Of a DNA stretch of 64,000 nucleotides, positions 21,363 to 32,193 are shown one piece after another. The position numbers and the translations under genes were made by a program. The notes under the pieces were generated by a model. It was not told the origin of the DNA, did no database searches, and was given only the letters and a program-made list of their open reading frames with translations. How positions within the stretch are numbered: the first letter of the stretch is position 1; each line of letters opens with the position of its first letter. The DNA lies in NCBI GenBank assembly GCA_963530525.1, contig CAUSEA010000005.1, positions 4,269-68,268 on the forward strand. Direction: 5' to 3'. The DNA is from an uncultured Campylobacter sp. (GTDB lineage Bacteria > Campylobacterota > Campylobacteria > Campylobacterales > Campylobacteraceae).

Positions 21363-21449
21363 AATTTAAACGAGCAGCAGCGGCAAGGTGCGATTGATGA
21401 TGACATAGCCGCGCTTATGGACGAGCTGGAAAACAAAATGTGCAGGTAA
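21363..21449 (+). pseudogene. orphan C-terminal fragment of a lipoprotein paralog
   Basis: NLNEQQRQGAIDDDIAALMDELENKMCR* resembles the paralog C-termini (LDDFCR*, FKKLCE*). Confidence 0.4.
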
Positions 21450-21781
21450 ATTTAAAATTTTAAAAAGCGGCAAAAGCAAGCGCAACCTAGCTTGGCGATA
21501 AAAGCTGCGCCGTGAAATTTTAAATTTAGCCGATTTGCGCAGGTCCTTGCGGCTAAATTTGCGCTGCGGTTTAAATTTACGTTTTGCGCGCGGCTTTTAA
21601 ATTTAGCCTTTGCAAGCGGCGCAAAATTTTAAAATTTACGTCCGCGCGAGCAAAGCGGCGGCATTTGAAAAGTAAATTTAAAATTTGCGCGCGGTAAATG
21701 CGGTAAATTTAGAAAATTTTGCTTTGCCGATTTCCGCTTCATAAATTTGGCAAAATTTTAAAATTTAAAGGATTTTTTGCG

Positions 21782-22372
21782 ATGAAATTTTTTACCTCGT
21801 CTCTGTTTTTGGCTCTGTCGCTGCTCGGCTGCGCGGGCAAAAACTCGCCCGCAAGCGATAAAACCTACGTTCTTTCGGACGAGCTTAGGGGTACGAAATA
21901 CGCTTTTTACGGCGGAAATCTCTACGAAAATGGCACGATTTTAGGTCCTTACGAAACGCGCGGCGATGCGAAGCTTGCGATTTTAGGCGGTAGCGGCGCA
22001 AATTTAGACAAAAACGCAAAGCTCATAAAACTATATTTTTTCGAGCGCAGATACGGCGCGATCTATACCGCAAGCCACAAAAACGGGGTCTGCGCCGAGT
22101 ATAATAAGGGAAATTTCGTAGATTTTCAAATTTTATTTAATATTTTTCAAAGCAAAGAGTGGTTTAATTATAGCGGCGGTATTTCTCCGATCAGCGAGAG
22201 GCTAAAAGAGCTGAGTTCGGCGCGTATGGCGAAATTTAACGGCTCAAAGCTCGGCGCAGCAGATGAAAAGACGAGGCGCGAGTATCAAAAGGCTCGCCAC
22301 GAGGCGATTTTGTATTTTCAGCTTAATGCAAACGACATGCGCGAGCTGATTTTTAAAAAACTATGCGAATAA
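21782..22372 (+). CDS. lipoprotein, paralog 4
   Basis: Lipobox LLGC; LYENG..LG.Y and HKNGVC...GNFV motifs. Confidence 0.75.
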   Translation: MKFFTSSLFLALSLLGCAGKNSPASDKTYVLSDELRGTKYAFYGGNLYENGTILGPYETRGDAKLAILGGSGANLDKNAKLIKLYFFERRYGAIYTASHKNGVCAEYNKGNFVDFQILFNIFQSKEWFNYSGGISPISERLKELSSARMAKFNGSKLGAADEKTRREYQKARHEAILYFQLNANDMRELIFKKLCE

Positions 22373-22388
22373 ATTAAAAGGAGAAAAG

Positions 22389-23927
22389 ATGAGAGCGTTA
22401 ATTAGCGTAAGCGATAAAGAGGGCGTCGTAGAGTTTGCTCGCGGGCTACAGAGGCTTGGATTTGAAATTTTAAGCACGGGCGGTACGTTTAAGCTTCTGC
22501 GCGAAAACGGCGTAAAGGCCGCCGAAGTGAGCGAATACACGGGCTCGCCCGAGATGTTTGAGGGACGGGTTAAGACCCTACATCCAAAGATCCACGGCGG
22601 AATTTTGTATAAGCGAAACGACGCAAATCACGTAAGCCAAGCCGCGCAGCACGACATCAGTGGCATTGATCTAGTGTGCGTAAATTTATATCCTTTTAAA
22701 GCGACCGTAGCTCGCACCGACGATTTTTCAGAGATCATCGAAAATATCGACATCGGCGGCCCTGCGATGGTGCGCTCGGCAGCTAAGAATTTCGCAAGCG
22801 TCTATGTCGTTACTAGCCCGCTTGATTACGACGCGGTTTTGCAAAATTTAGCGAGCCCTGACGAGAGCGAGAAGCTGAAATTTAGGCAAAATTTGATGAT
22901 TAAAGCTTATGAGCACACCGCAGCCTACGACGCGATGATCGCAAACTATATGAACGAGCGCTTTAACGGCGGCTTCGGTGCGAAAAAATTTATCACGGGC
23001 AGCAAGGTCTTCGATACTCGCTACGGCGAAAATCCGCATCAAAAGGGCGCGCTGTACGAGTTCGAGGACTTTTTTAGCAAGCACTTTAAGAGCCTAAAGG
23101 GCGAGGCGAGCTTTAACAATATGACCGATATGCACGGCGCGCTGATGCTCGCTAGTAGCTTCGGGGAGGCGCCTGCGGTAGCGATCTGCAAGCACGCCAA
23201 TCCATGCGGTTTCGCCGTGAAATCTAGCCTGCTTAAGAGCTATGTAGAGGCGCTAAAATGCGACCCCGTAAGCGCATATGGCGGCGTCGTGGCGATAAAC
23301 GGTATTTTGGACGAGGAGCTGGCGCATAAAATCAATGAAATTTTTGTCGAAGTTATCCTTGCCGCCCGCGTCACGCCCGCTGCGCTTGCGGTATTTGAAA
23401 AGAAGAAGCGCATTAAAATTTTTGAGCAGGGCGGGGAGTTTTTAATTCGCGAAAACGACAAGTATGATTTTAAATTCATTGACGGCGGCTTCGTATATCA
23501 GCAGCGCGACTACGTGGGCGCGGACGAGGTCGCAGACGCCCGCTGCGTCACCAAGCGCGCGGCTAGCGATAGTGAACTGGATGATCTAAAAATCGCGTGG
23601 CAGATCGCCGCACTTACGAAGAGCAACTGCGTGGTTTACGTCAAAAATCGCGCGATGGTTGCGATCGGCATGGGTATGACGAGCCGCGTGGACGCCGCAC
23701 GTGCGGCTGTGGCGAAGGCTCGCGACGTGGGCGTCGATCTGCACGGCTGCGCGCTTGCAAGCGAGGCGTTTTTCCCGTTTAAAGATAGCATCGAGATCGC
23801 ACATGCTGCGGGCGTCGCGGCAGTGGTGCAGCCAGGCGGCAGCATCCGCGACGATGAGGTGATCGCAAGCGCCGACAAGTTTGGCATGGCGATGTATTTT
23901 ACGGGAGTGCGCCACTTTTTGCACTAA
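22389..23927 (+). CDS. purH: bifunctional AICAR formyltransferase/IMP cyclohydrolase
   Basis: [30 protein letters not shown] and RHFLH motifs. Confidence 0.98.
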   Translation: MRALISVSDKEGVVEFARGLQRLGFEILSTGGTFKLLRENGVKAAEVSEYTGSPEMFEGRVKTLHPKIHGGILYKRNDANHVSQAAQHDISGIDLVCVNLYPFKATVARTDDFSEIIENIDIGGPAMVRSAAKNFASVYVVTSPLDYDAVLQNLASPDESEKLKFRQNLMIKAYEHTAAYDAMIANYMNERFNGGFGAKKFITGSKVFDTRYGENPHQKGALYEFEDFFSKHFKSLKGEASFNNMTDMHGALMLASSFGEAPAVAICKHANPCGFAVKSSLLKSYVEALKCDPVSAYGGVVAINGILDEELAHKINEIFVEVILAARVTPAALAVFEKKKRIKIFEQGGEFLIRENDKYDFKFIDGGFVYQQRDYVGADEVADARCVTKRAASDSELDDLKIAWQIAALTKSNCVVYVKNRAMVAIGMGMTSRVDAARAAVAKARDVGVDLHGCALASEAFFPFKDSIEIAHAAGVAAVVQPGGSIRDDEVIASADKFGMAMYFTGVRHFLH

Positions 23928-24819
23928 ATTTTGCTCGCCTGCGACGGGGGCGGATTTATTGCGCTAGCTTCATAACTTTTTATGCCGTTGTAAACTTTAA
24001 AACCGCGCCGGAGCGTATCTCGTAGCGCTAGCTTCATTGCGCGCGGCGAGGGTCTAATGCATGGCGCTTTGTTACGCGCCAGCGCGTAGCGGACCCGGCT
24101 ACTTCCGCTACGCAGCCGTGCGGCGTCGGTTTGACTGCGTGGCATACCGCTCGTATCTGTGCGGCGCAATCTAAATTAAATCATTCGCCGCCCCTGAATG
24201 GTCGCTAAAATTTTATCTTGCGGCCGCGGCGCGTAAATTTTAAATTTAATCGCGCACGCAACGGATGGGTTCGCGCCTCGCCGTCGTATAGCGGCGTACA
24301 AATTTTATCTCGCGGCGCGAAAATTTCATGGCGCCTATTTTGCGTTGAAATTTCGGCGCCGTTTCGCAGCAGATACGGAGCGGAGTATAAATTTTTAAGG
24401 CGGTGCCTCGTCGCGATCGGTGCGCCGTATATACAAATTTTAATCGCGCAGCGGAGTGGATGGGTGCCGTGCCGCAACCTAAGCGGTGCGTAGATAAAAT
24501 TTTAAATGCGGCAAAGCAGCGGGCGCACTGTATAGCCCGTCCCGCGAGCAGTCCGTGCCCTCGCAAAGCGCGCGCGGTAGAATTCGGCCGCGTCGTAAAA
24601 CTCGCAAAGGCGCTAAATCAGGCTCAGATTACGTTTGCGCGGCGGTAAAATTTTAATTATCGCGACGGTAACAAAATCTAGCCGCGAGGCGCGACGATAA
24701 AATTTCGCACCGCAATAGGGCGTATCAAAATCTCTAAAATCCCTACGTAAGCCGCGATGAATGGATAATTTCATACGAGCCGTAGCGCAGGCGAATGGAC
24801 GGCGCAAGGGTCTTGCTCG

Positions 24820-25230
24820 TAAAAGGGTTAGAATTTCATCGTAGCGCAGGGGCGATAAAATTCCAACCCTGCAGCGGTAGCGAAATTTTAATTCTTGCCG
24901 CGGCGATCAAATCCAACCGCTCGCCGCGCTAGCGAAATCCGCTCCCCGCTGAAGCAGTAAAATTTTAATCTTGGCGGCGGCGGTAAAATTTCAACCCTCG
25001 TTATAGCATAGAATTTTAACCGCTTGCGAGGAGGTAAAATTCCGATGCTGCAGCGCGCCGCAAGGATAAGATAAAATTTTGATCTTGCGCCGCCGCGGTA
25101 AGATAAAATTTTTGATCCCGCCTTGCCGCCGCGGTAAAATTCTAATTCTGCGGCGACGGCGAGCCGAAAGCCCCGATCCTGCGGCGATAAAATTTGGGTA
25201 GCGATCTGCCGTAAGCGATAAAATTTCTCT
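24820..25230. repeat. degenerate tandem repeats with a GCGGTAAAATTTTAATC-like core
   Basis: About a dozen RAATTY-centred units, often roughly 30 bp apart, separated by GC-rich spacers. Confidence 0.65.
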
Positions 25231-25293
25231 CTTTCACTCTCGCTTCATTTAGAGATTGTAAAATTGCGCAAAATTCAAAACGAAAGGATCAAA

Positions 25294-26361
25294 ATGAAAA
25301 TTTCTAAAGTTTTAATCTGCCTCTTTGCTTTGGCGGCGGGTTATTTAGTCGCGCTCAATGCCGCAGGCGGCGGTAGCTCGGCGGACGCAAATTTTAAAGT
25401 TAAAGGAGGCGGCGTGAACGCAAACGTAAAAGAAATTTATCTAGCAGGCGGCTGCTTTTGGGGCATGGAGGCGTATTTTAAGCAGCTTGACGGCATAGTC
25501 GCGACGCAGGTAGGCTACGCCAACGGCAAGAGCGATCAGGCAAGCTACGAAGGGCTGCACAGCAGCGATCATGCCGAGACGCTACACTTAAAATACGACG
25601 CAAACGTCATCAGCGAGCCTGAAATTTTGGCGCATTATTTCCGCATCATCGATCCGTTCTCGATCGACAAGCAAGGTAACGACCGCGGTCGCCAGTATCG
25701 CACGGGCATCTACTACACCGACGAGGCGAGCGGCGAGACGGCGCGTAAATTCGTAGCCTTTAAGCAGAGCAAATATGATGAAAAGATAGCGGTCGAGGTT
25801 ATGCCGCTTAAAAACTACGTCAAGGCGGAGGATTATCACCAAGACTATCTAGACAAAAACCCGGGCGGCTACTGCCATATCGATCTGCGCCTCGCTAAAA
25901 AGCCGCTTTACGATGACAAAGCCTTCAAAGCGCAGAGCAAAGAGGAGCTTAAAAGAACTCTGAGCGACCTGCAATACAGCGTCACGCAGGAAAAAGATAC
26001 CGAGCGACCGTTTTCGAGCGAATACGACAAGCACTATAAAAAGGGCATCTACGTCGACATCGTGTCGAAAAAGCCGCTCTTTTCCTCTACCGACAAATAC
26101 AACTCCGGCACCGGCTGGCCGAGCTTTTCAAAGCCGATAACGACCGATGCGATCGCCTATGCGCGAGACGACAGCCACGGTATGCAGCGCGTCGAGGTCT
26201 CCAGCCGCGTAGGAGGCAGCCATTTAGGACACGTCTTTGAGGACGGACCGAGAGATAAGGGCGGTATGAGATACTGCATCAACGGCGCTAGCTTGGAATT
26301 TATACCGCTTGAGGAGATGGACGCGCGCGGCTACGGCGAGTATAAAATTTACGTAGAGTAA
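25294..26361 (+). CDS. msrAB: exported peptide methionine sulfoxide reductase MsrA/MsrB fusion
   Basis: [29 protein letters not shown] and RYCING motifs; signal peptide. Confidence 0.96.
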   Translation: MKISKVLICLFALAAGYLVALNAAGGGSSADANFKVKGGGVNANVKEIYLAGGCFWGMEAYFKQLDGIVATQVGYANGKSDQASYEGLHSSDHAETLHLKYDANVISEPEILAHYFRIIDPFSIDKQGNDRGRQYRTGIYYTDEASGETARKFVAFKQSKYDEKIAVEVMPLKNYVKAEDYHQDYLDKNPGGYCHIDLRLAKKPLYDDKAFKAQSKEELKRTLSDLQYSVTQEKDTERPFSSEYDKHYKKGIYVDIVSKKPLFSSTDKYNSGTGWPSFSKPITTDAIAYARDDSHGMQRVEVSSRVGGSHLGHVFEDGPRDKGGMRYCINGASLEFIPLEEMDARGYGEYKIYVE

Positions 26362-27357
26362 CGCGGGCTAGGGCTTTGGCTCGGCGATCGGTTCGGCGGT
26401 CAGTCGGTTAGTTTTATACGGCTCGGCTGCCGATCGGTTTGGCTGGCGGTTAGTTTAGTTTGCGGTCGAGCGGAAGCTTGACGATCGGCTTGGCGGTTTG
26501 ATGATTTATCGGCGGATAAATTTGCTTGGCGGCTACGGATGGAATTTTAAAATTCCAAAAACGATAAAAATTTAGTGGTAGTGGAATTTTAAAAATTTAT
26601 CGATATGGAATTTCATGCGGCGCAAGCCGCTAAATAAAAATGCGCGGACGCAGTCCGCCCTGCTAGCGTCGTCGGAGATTAGGTGGGGTTCGCGGGCAAG
26701 CAAGCAATGCGGTGCTGCGGAGGCGGCGCCCGCGAGAAATGTGACCTCGCAATTCAAGCCCCTTTCCCGCCCCGATAGAAACGGAAATCACGGCATAAAA
26801 TTCATAAGTTGTGGATTCGGCGATAAAATTTTGAAATTTTATCTCTTAAAATATAATAAGCGTAGCGTGCTTAGCAAGCGGCGCAGTATAAAATTTTGAA
26901 GTTCTGCAACGAAAACGGCGTCTATGCAATGCCCGCTCTGCATCCGCGTCGCAAATTTTAAATTTAGGATAAAATTTTAATGGCTAGCCCCGCGCAAAAT
27001 AGAAAAATCCCCGCATAGATCACTAAAAATGGCGCGATTATCGCATAATGGATGATGAGCTCGAAGAAATTGTAGATTATGTGCTTGCTTTTGGGCTCTT
27101 TAAATTTTAATTCTAGCGGCTCGTTCGAATTAAACGGCGTGTTGGAGCGCAAAATGTACCTCGGTCCAGCGCATCAAGTCTATTTTATTGCGCTGCATAT
27201 AGTCTTTGCCGATCCCGCATACGCCGTTTATATAACATGCAAAGGCCGCTGAAAAACAAAATGAGCCCGATGTCGATCAGCTTATCCGCCATAGCGATCT
27301 TTCCCTTGCTATTTAAATTTAGAAATTTAGCCCGCCGTATTTGCTCTCGACGTTTGC

Positions 27358-27982
27358 TTATTGAAATTCTAATTTTGCGGGATTGCACTCTTTGTCGGCT
27401 TTGCAATCTTGCAATTTTTTGATGATTTTATTGAAATGCTCCTTATCATACGCTAGATCTCGCGTCATCGTTGCGTATTTGATTACTTCGTCAATATCGA
27501 ATGAATAATTCAGATATGTTAGAGCGCAAAGAAAACAAGAATTTATAATCTGACCGACTTCGCAGCCTCTTACTAGTCGCTCTAAACCCAATGGAATTCT
27601 ACTTGTTTTAATTAGAATTTCGCCCGCCAAATCACAAGCTTCAAAATTTTCTCTGCCATTTTTTTTCAAAGCATTTCGTATTTAAAGTTTCTAATAATTT
27701 TTCACAAGTACTGTATTTTCCATTGCCAAAATCGCGCTCCTTTATAAATTGCGAAATTTTTGGAGAATAAATTTTATCGCAACCTATGTAATAATACGAA
27801 GCATCGCAACTAACTTTCGCTCTGCCGTATTCTTCGGCGGACATTTTATAAAACCCGTCGCTTAAAATTTTAACTTCCGCGGAATTTTGCTCTTGTGCCT
27901 CGCTCGGCTCCGTATCTTGCATCGCAAAAGCAGCCCCGCTAAAACCGAGCCACAGCGCAAACGCTAAAAATACCTTTTTCAT
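27358..27982 (-). pseudogene. secreted Cys-rich protein frameshifted at an A8 tract
   Basis: Two overlapping ORFs join if T8 at 27659-27666 is read as T7. Confidence 0.6.
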
Positions 27983-28363
27983 TTTCTCTCCTTCGTTCAT
28001 TATTATTCGCTTATGATACCTAAAAAGCGATAAATTTTATTTATTTTGCATGGGATTCGGGCTGTAAGGTCGTAAGATTTTTAAGACATTTTAAATTTGC
28101 CTCGCGGAATTTTAAGTAGGATAAATTTTAAATTCCAAAATGCAATCCTTAAATAAGTTAAATTTAGGCGCGACACAAGGTAAATTTGAGTAGGCTAAAA
28201 TTCTTGCACGTTGGAATTTAAACGAAAAACTGGGCGTCGCGATCGGGCAAACGCAAAAATTGCGAAAAATGCGAAGCTGAAATTTATCGCATGTCGAAAT
28301 TTAAACCGCCTTTTTGGCTAAATTTAAGCTAAAAACGCTATAATCCCGTTTCTTTTATTTCGT

Positions 28364-28440
28364 GCGCTCGTAGCTCAGCTGGATAGAGCATTTGATTGCG
28401 GTTCAAAAGGTCGGGGATTCGAATTCCTCCGGGCGCACCA
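28364..28440 (+). tRNA. tRNA-Arg (anticodon GCG)
   Basis: Acceptor stem GCGCTCG/CGGGCGC, anticodon arm TTTGA-TTGCGGT-TCAAA, TTCGAAT T-loop, encoded CCA; TATAAT at 28339-28344. Confidence 0.96.
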
Positions 28441-28575
28441 CTTTAGATTTTCTTAGATTTTCTTTTTAATTCTTTTCTTTTCACAAATAGCGTTCTCGTC
28501 GGGCCTTGTTTGGATTTTTGATTTTCTTTTTATTTCTTTGGTTTTCTTTGATTTTCTTTTATTTTAAGGGATTTT

Positions 28576-28624
28576 TACGGATAATTATACGGACAAAACC
28601 TTATCCGTAAAAGTTATGTCCGTA
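28576..28624. promoter_or_regulatory. putative integrase arm-type sites
   Basis: TACGGATA 28576, TACGGACA 28588, then inverted TATCCGTA 28602 and TGTCCGTA 28617, between att and int. Confidence 0.65.
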
Positions 28625-28675
28625 AAAAATCTTTGCTTGATTTTTAGGGGTTTTGCGGGTGGTTAAGGAGAGCGT

Positions 28676-29878
28676 ATGCCGAAAATTAATCCTCCATTAA
28701 GCGATGCCGCCATTAAGGCCCTCAAGCCTAAAGATAAAATTTATAAAAAATCTGATGGGCAAAATTTATTTATATTTATTGAGCCCGCGGGTCGTAAATT
28801 TTTTGCGCTTGAGTATAAGAGCCCGCTCACATTAAAGATGCGCCGCATGGCCTTGGGAAATTATCCGCTTTTAACCTTGGCTAAAGCAAGGGAGTTAAAA
28901 ACAGAGCTTTTGTGTTTGGTAAAAGACGGCATTGATCCAATAGTCGCTAAAAATGGTGATGCGAGCCGAAATTTTGAACGGCTTGCGATGGAGTGGATAG
29001 ATAAGAAAAGTAAAATCATCAAAGAAGTGACTACTCAAATTCAAATAAGAAACGCGCAGAAATATCTTTTTCCGTATCTTGGTAAAAGAGATATTTCGGG
29101 CATTTGTGCCACAGAGATAATTGAAATTTTGCGAAAAGTAGAGGATGGCGGCCGCCTAAGCGTCGTTAAAAAGCTGTTCCAGTTTTGCGCGCAGCTATGG
29201 AGATATGCGGTGGCTAACGGCAAGGCTCCACACAATATCATGTCTGACATCGATTTCAAATATACTTTCAAGGCTGAAAAGAAGCAAAATTACCCAAGCT
29301 TGACGAAGGATAGTGATCTGCGCGCATTAATGCTTGCCGTAAGCGAATATAGTGGAGAGTATAAAACTAAAGTAGCGCTGAAGCTCGGTCTTTATACTGC
29401 GGCAAGATCGTTTAATATCCGCGCGGCGCAGTGGAGCGAGTTTGATTTCGATAAGGGGCTTTGGAGCATAGACGCTAGTAAGATGAAACAGGAGCGCGAA
29501 AGTTTTAAACTTCCGATCTCTAGGCAGGTCAAGGCGTTGCTACTGGAATACCGCAAATTTGCACCAGCTAGCGACTATCTGTTTTTTAATAATTTCAGCA
29601 AAACTAAATATATGAGCGAAAATACTCTAAACGTTGCGCTTAGGCGTATGGGCTATACTAAAGACGAGATAGTTTTTCACGGATTTCGCTCAAGCTTTAG
29701 CACGGCTTCCAACGAGAACACACATATCCACGGCTACTCCGAGGCCATAATAGAAAAGTGTCTCGCACACAAAGACGCAAACTCGGTGCGTGCTGCATAT
29801 AATAGGGCGGAAAATTTATCACAAATGCGAGGGCTTATGCAGTGGTGGGCGGATTATTTGGACGGCTTAATAGATTAA
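28676..29878 (+). CDS. int: tyrosine integrase (P4-like, with arm-binding domain)
   Basis: Arm-DNA-binding N-terminus; R...K...HGFR...LAH...AY catalytic residues. Confidence 0.96.
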   Translation: MPKINPPLSDAAIKALKPKDKIYKKSDGQNLFIFIEPAGRKFFALEYKSPLTLKMRRMALGNYPLLTLAKARELKTELLCLVKDGIDPIVAKNGDASRNFERLAMEWIDKKSKIIKEVTTQIQIRNAQKYLFPYLGKRDISGICATEIIEILRKVEDGGRLSVVKKLFQFCAQLWRYAVANGKAPHNIMSDIDFKYTFKAEKKQNYPSLTKDSDLRALMLAVSEYSGEYKTKVALKLGLYTAARSFNIRAAQWSEFDFDKGLWSIDASKMKQERESFKLPISRQVKALLLEYRKFAPASDYLFFNNFSKTKYMSENTLNVALRRMGYTKDEIVFHGFRSSFSTASNENTHIHGYSEAIIEKCLAHKDANSVRAAYNRAENLSQMRGLMQWWADYLDGLID

Positions 29879-30075
29879 GCCGTCCGTGCAGGCGCGGTTT
29901 TTACCGCGTTTTGGATAAATTTTTCTATACTGGCTCTCGTATATACTACTGTTTTTTTACCTAGTTTAAATTTTTCTATATAACCCTCTTTTACGTAACG
30001 CCAAAGAGTCGCATCACAGACTCCGCCTAAAAGCTCTTTTGCTTGCCTGGTTGTTAGATATTCTTGTCCTATCAT
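29875..30075 (-). CDS. excisionase/AlpA-like HTH protein
   Basis: YLTTRQAKELLG...TLWRYVKEG; convergent with int. Confidence 0.85.
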   Translation of the reverse strand: MIGQEYLTTRQAKELLGGVCDATLWRYVKEGYIEKFKLGKKTVVYTRASIEKFIQNAVKTAPARTA

Positions 30076-30236
30076 TTTTCGATCCTTTTTAAAATTTTCC
30101 TCAACTGCTTTAAATTTAGTTCAAGCAACCTTTTGTGGATTTGTTCTGCGAGCGCGCCTTTTTTATTATGCTTCTGCGCGAAATCGTCGATTTTGGCTAG
30201 CATCTCGCGCTCCTTTTCACGATCGGGGCTACTCAT
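30072..30236 (-). CDS. small phage hypothetical protein (54 aa)
   Basis: ORF overlapping both neighbours, with an AAGGA RBS: MSSPDREKEREMLAKIDDFAQ... Confidence 0.55.
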   Translation of the reverse strand: MSSPDREKEREMLAKIDDFAQKHNKKGALAEQIHKRLLELNLKQLRKILKRIEK

Positions 30237-30466
30237 TTTAATTCCTTGCAATTACACGTAATGGGTTTGCCGTCTGCACCAAAAAGTTGAGTTATGCCGC
30301 CGCCTTGCCCGGCTCCGATAGAAGATACGAATTTAAACCCTTCTATGCAAAATATTCTTATGCCCCATCCAGTAGTTCCTCCAACCCTGCAAGCTTCAAT
30401 TTTTGGCTCATCTGCTCCCTCGCACCCCGCCAATAAAAAAGCGAACAAAATAAGCAATATTTTCAT
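30233..30466 (-). CDS. small phage lipoprotein
   Basis: Lipobox LLAGC; GGGITQ motif. Confidence 0.65.
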   Translation of the reverse strand: MKILLILFAFLLAGCEGADEPKIEACRVGGTTGWGIRIFCIEGFKFVSSIGAGQGGGITQLFGADGKPITCNCKELK

Positions 30467-30708
30467 CGTCTTTTCTCCAGTCTCACTTCTATCTTGTCGG
30501 CGTCAAATCCGTAGTATGCCATTGATAGAAAGATTGCGACCCCTAAGAGAAAGGCAAAATAAGGCGTGAATATGGCTATCACCATAGGTAGTAGTTTGTT
30601 CTCGCGCTTTTTTTGAAGCCCGTTTGGGAACAGAGCCCTCACTATAAGAACAAGTATCGTAAACGCATAACAGTTGAGCGTTACGCCCCAAAATATGAAA
30701 TTTAGCAT
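30463..30708 (-). CDS. small two-TM phage protein
   Basis: GGGAG RBS; two hydrophobic segments. Confidence 0.55.
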   Translation of the reverse strand: MLNFIFWGVTLNCYAFTILVLIVRALFPNGLQKKRENKLLPMVIAIFTPYFAFLLGVAIFLSMAYYGFDADKIEVRLEKRR

Positions 30709-30709
30709 T

Positions 30710-30946
30710 CTATTCTCCCATCTGCTCATAAATCGGCATATTTCGTTCATCAAATTCACCCGTCCATATGCGTATCTTGTAGTTTTCCATCGGCATCGGT
30801 AAAGATAGCTTCGGGTCGCACGCCTCGCCATAGCCCAATAATATCGTGATGGTTTTCTGGGCGAAATTTATTTCCCAAGGTTCTACCTTTTCGCCGGTTT
30901 GCTTATCAACGATTATCATCTCTTTCGGTTTTATTGCGGGGTTCAT
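30710..30946 (-). CDS. YopX-like fragment/hypothetical
   Basis: WTGEFDERNMPIYE resembles the YopX TG..D..G..IYE motif. Confidence 0.5.
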   Translation of the reverse strand: MNPAIKPKEMIIVDKQTGEKVEPWEINFAQKTITILLGYGEACDPKLSLPMPMENYKIRIWTGEFDERNMPIYEQMGE

Positions 30947-31398
30947 TCCTCATCCTTTTCTCGCGGCAATCTAAATCCGAGCGCGTAAAGAGGTATAGCC
31001 GTTTCTCTTTCATTGGGACCGAGCACTTCCTTGCTAAGGTCGCTTTTTGTGTATCTAGTGTTTGTCATTTTCCACTCGCCATCTACGTCTTGGTATTCCC
31101 AATACCAAAGGACGTCGTTGGCATTGATGAAATCATCTGGGTCTATCCCCTCTATCATAGGGGATCCGACGCACCAAACCTCGGGATTGGCGATATCTCG
31201 TGAGCTTTTACACACTATCTCATCGCCTGTTTTAAATTTAGGCTTTTTGGGTTTAATGCGGTATTCGAATTTCTCCCAATTCCAAACCGGCAATCCTGCA
31301 AATGCCCATTCATCTTCTTCGCAATTAGCCGAACGCCTCTCGATCTCCTCACCCCTCGTATAGGCTTGCATAACCCCTATCTTTTCTCTTGTCGTCAT
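30943..31398 (-). CDS. phage hypothetical protein
   Basis: PVWNWEKFEYRIKP motif common in phage proteins; coupled to neighbours. Confidence 0.65.
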   Translation of the reverse strand: MTTREKIGVMQAYTRGEEIERRSANCEEDEWAFAGLPVWNWEKFEYRIKPKKPKFKTGDEIVCKSSRDIANPEVWCVGSPMIEGIDPDDFINANDVLWYWEYQDVDGEWKMTNTRYTKSDLSKEVLGPNERETAIPLYALGFRLPREKDEE

Positions 31399-31868
31399 TT
31401 TATATCCTTTAAAATTTCTGGGTTTTCACGGGCATTGCTTTCTATGTGATCTAGCGCCCATAAGTGGTCGTATATAGTTTCTGCGACTTTAAAAAAAGAC
31501 GTTTCCTCGGCGGAAACTTCAAATAGATCGTCAGGGGACCACCAATCAAAGCCAAGACGCGCGCCATAATTCACTCCTTTATCCCATAGGCGAGTAATTA
31601 CAAACCTGCCGTCTTCTAGTTTTATTCTGCCCAATTTTTTGACCCCGCCGCGGAAATACTCAACTAAAAAGTCGGTATAAATTTCCTGTCCGCCGGTGTC
31701 GTTTATTCCTGTATATTGCATAAGTGTAATTTCATCAAAATCCGTCTCAAAATTTACAGCCGTTTCTTTATCCCAAAGCGTCACTTCTTTATTTAAAAAG
31801 TCAATGCTTAGCACTTCGTAAATTTGTCCATCAACTTTAAAACGCGCTTTAAATTTAATCTCTCTCAT
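31395..31868 (-). CDS. YopX family protein
   Basis: MREIKFKA...LMQYTGIND..GQEIY..D...ENPEIL pattern. Confidence 0.85.
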   Translation of the reverse strand: MREIKFKARFKVDGQIYEVLSIDFLNKEVTLWDKETAVNFETDFDEITLMQYTGINDTGGQEIYTDFLVEYFRGGVKKLGRIKLEDGRFVITRLWDKGVNYGARLGFDWWSPDDLFEVSAEETSFFKVAETIYDHLWALDHIESNARENPEILKDIK

Positions 31869-32193
31869 CGCTCTCTCCTTCATGTAATTTTTCTATGATT
31901 TGCTTTGCCTTTTCGACCTTTTCGGTTTGTCCCTTTTCGTGATAAAGCCGAAAGGTAATATTGTCTAAAAACAAAAGATCGTATGTGATTGTCTTGGAGC
32001 ACTTAAATTTTCCGTTTGTTGAGAAAGAAAACACCATAGTTTCAAAAGAGTTTTCTTGTGTAAGGCAGAAAGGAAAGTCCTCCTGTATCTGCTCTCCGGC
32101 AATTTTAAAAAACGCCTTTTGCGTTTGTTTTTTCTTATCCTTGATCTTCGCAAGTTCCCTTTGAAGCTCTTGCAACTCTATTTTATAGCTCAT
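31855..32193 (-). CDS. phage hypothetical protein
   Basis: AAGGAG RBS; coupled within the early operon. Confidence 0.55.
   Translation of the reverse strand: MSYKIELQELQRELAKIKDKKKQTQKAFFKIAGEQIQEDFPFCLTQENSFETMVFSFSTNGKFKCSKTITYDLLFLDNITFRLYHEKGQTEKVEKAKQIIEKLHEGESDERD

Noticed and set aside
23924..24807. Cluster of short ORFs on both strands
   Set aside because: Arg/Ala-rich translations of repeat DNA, without RBS or recognisable motifs.
24820..25230. Possible CRISPR array
   Set aside because: Units are highly degenerate with irregular spacing, there is no fixed repeat-spacer structure, and there are no cas genes.
26362..26540. GGCTCGGC/GATCGGTT degenerate repeats after msrAB
   Set aside because: Too short and degenerate to define a unit or function.
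26964..27292. Small membrane ORF fragments
   Set aside because: Possibly a multiply frameshifted pseudogene, but no single correction gives a coherent protein, so it was not called.
28364..28440. Unusual Arg anticodon GCG
   Set aside because: Normal for Campylobacterota, which use GCG rather than ACG/ICG.
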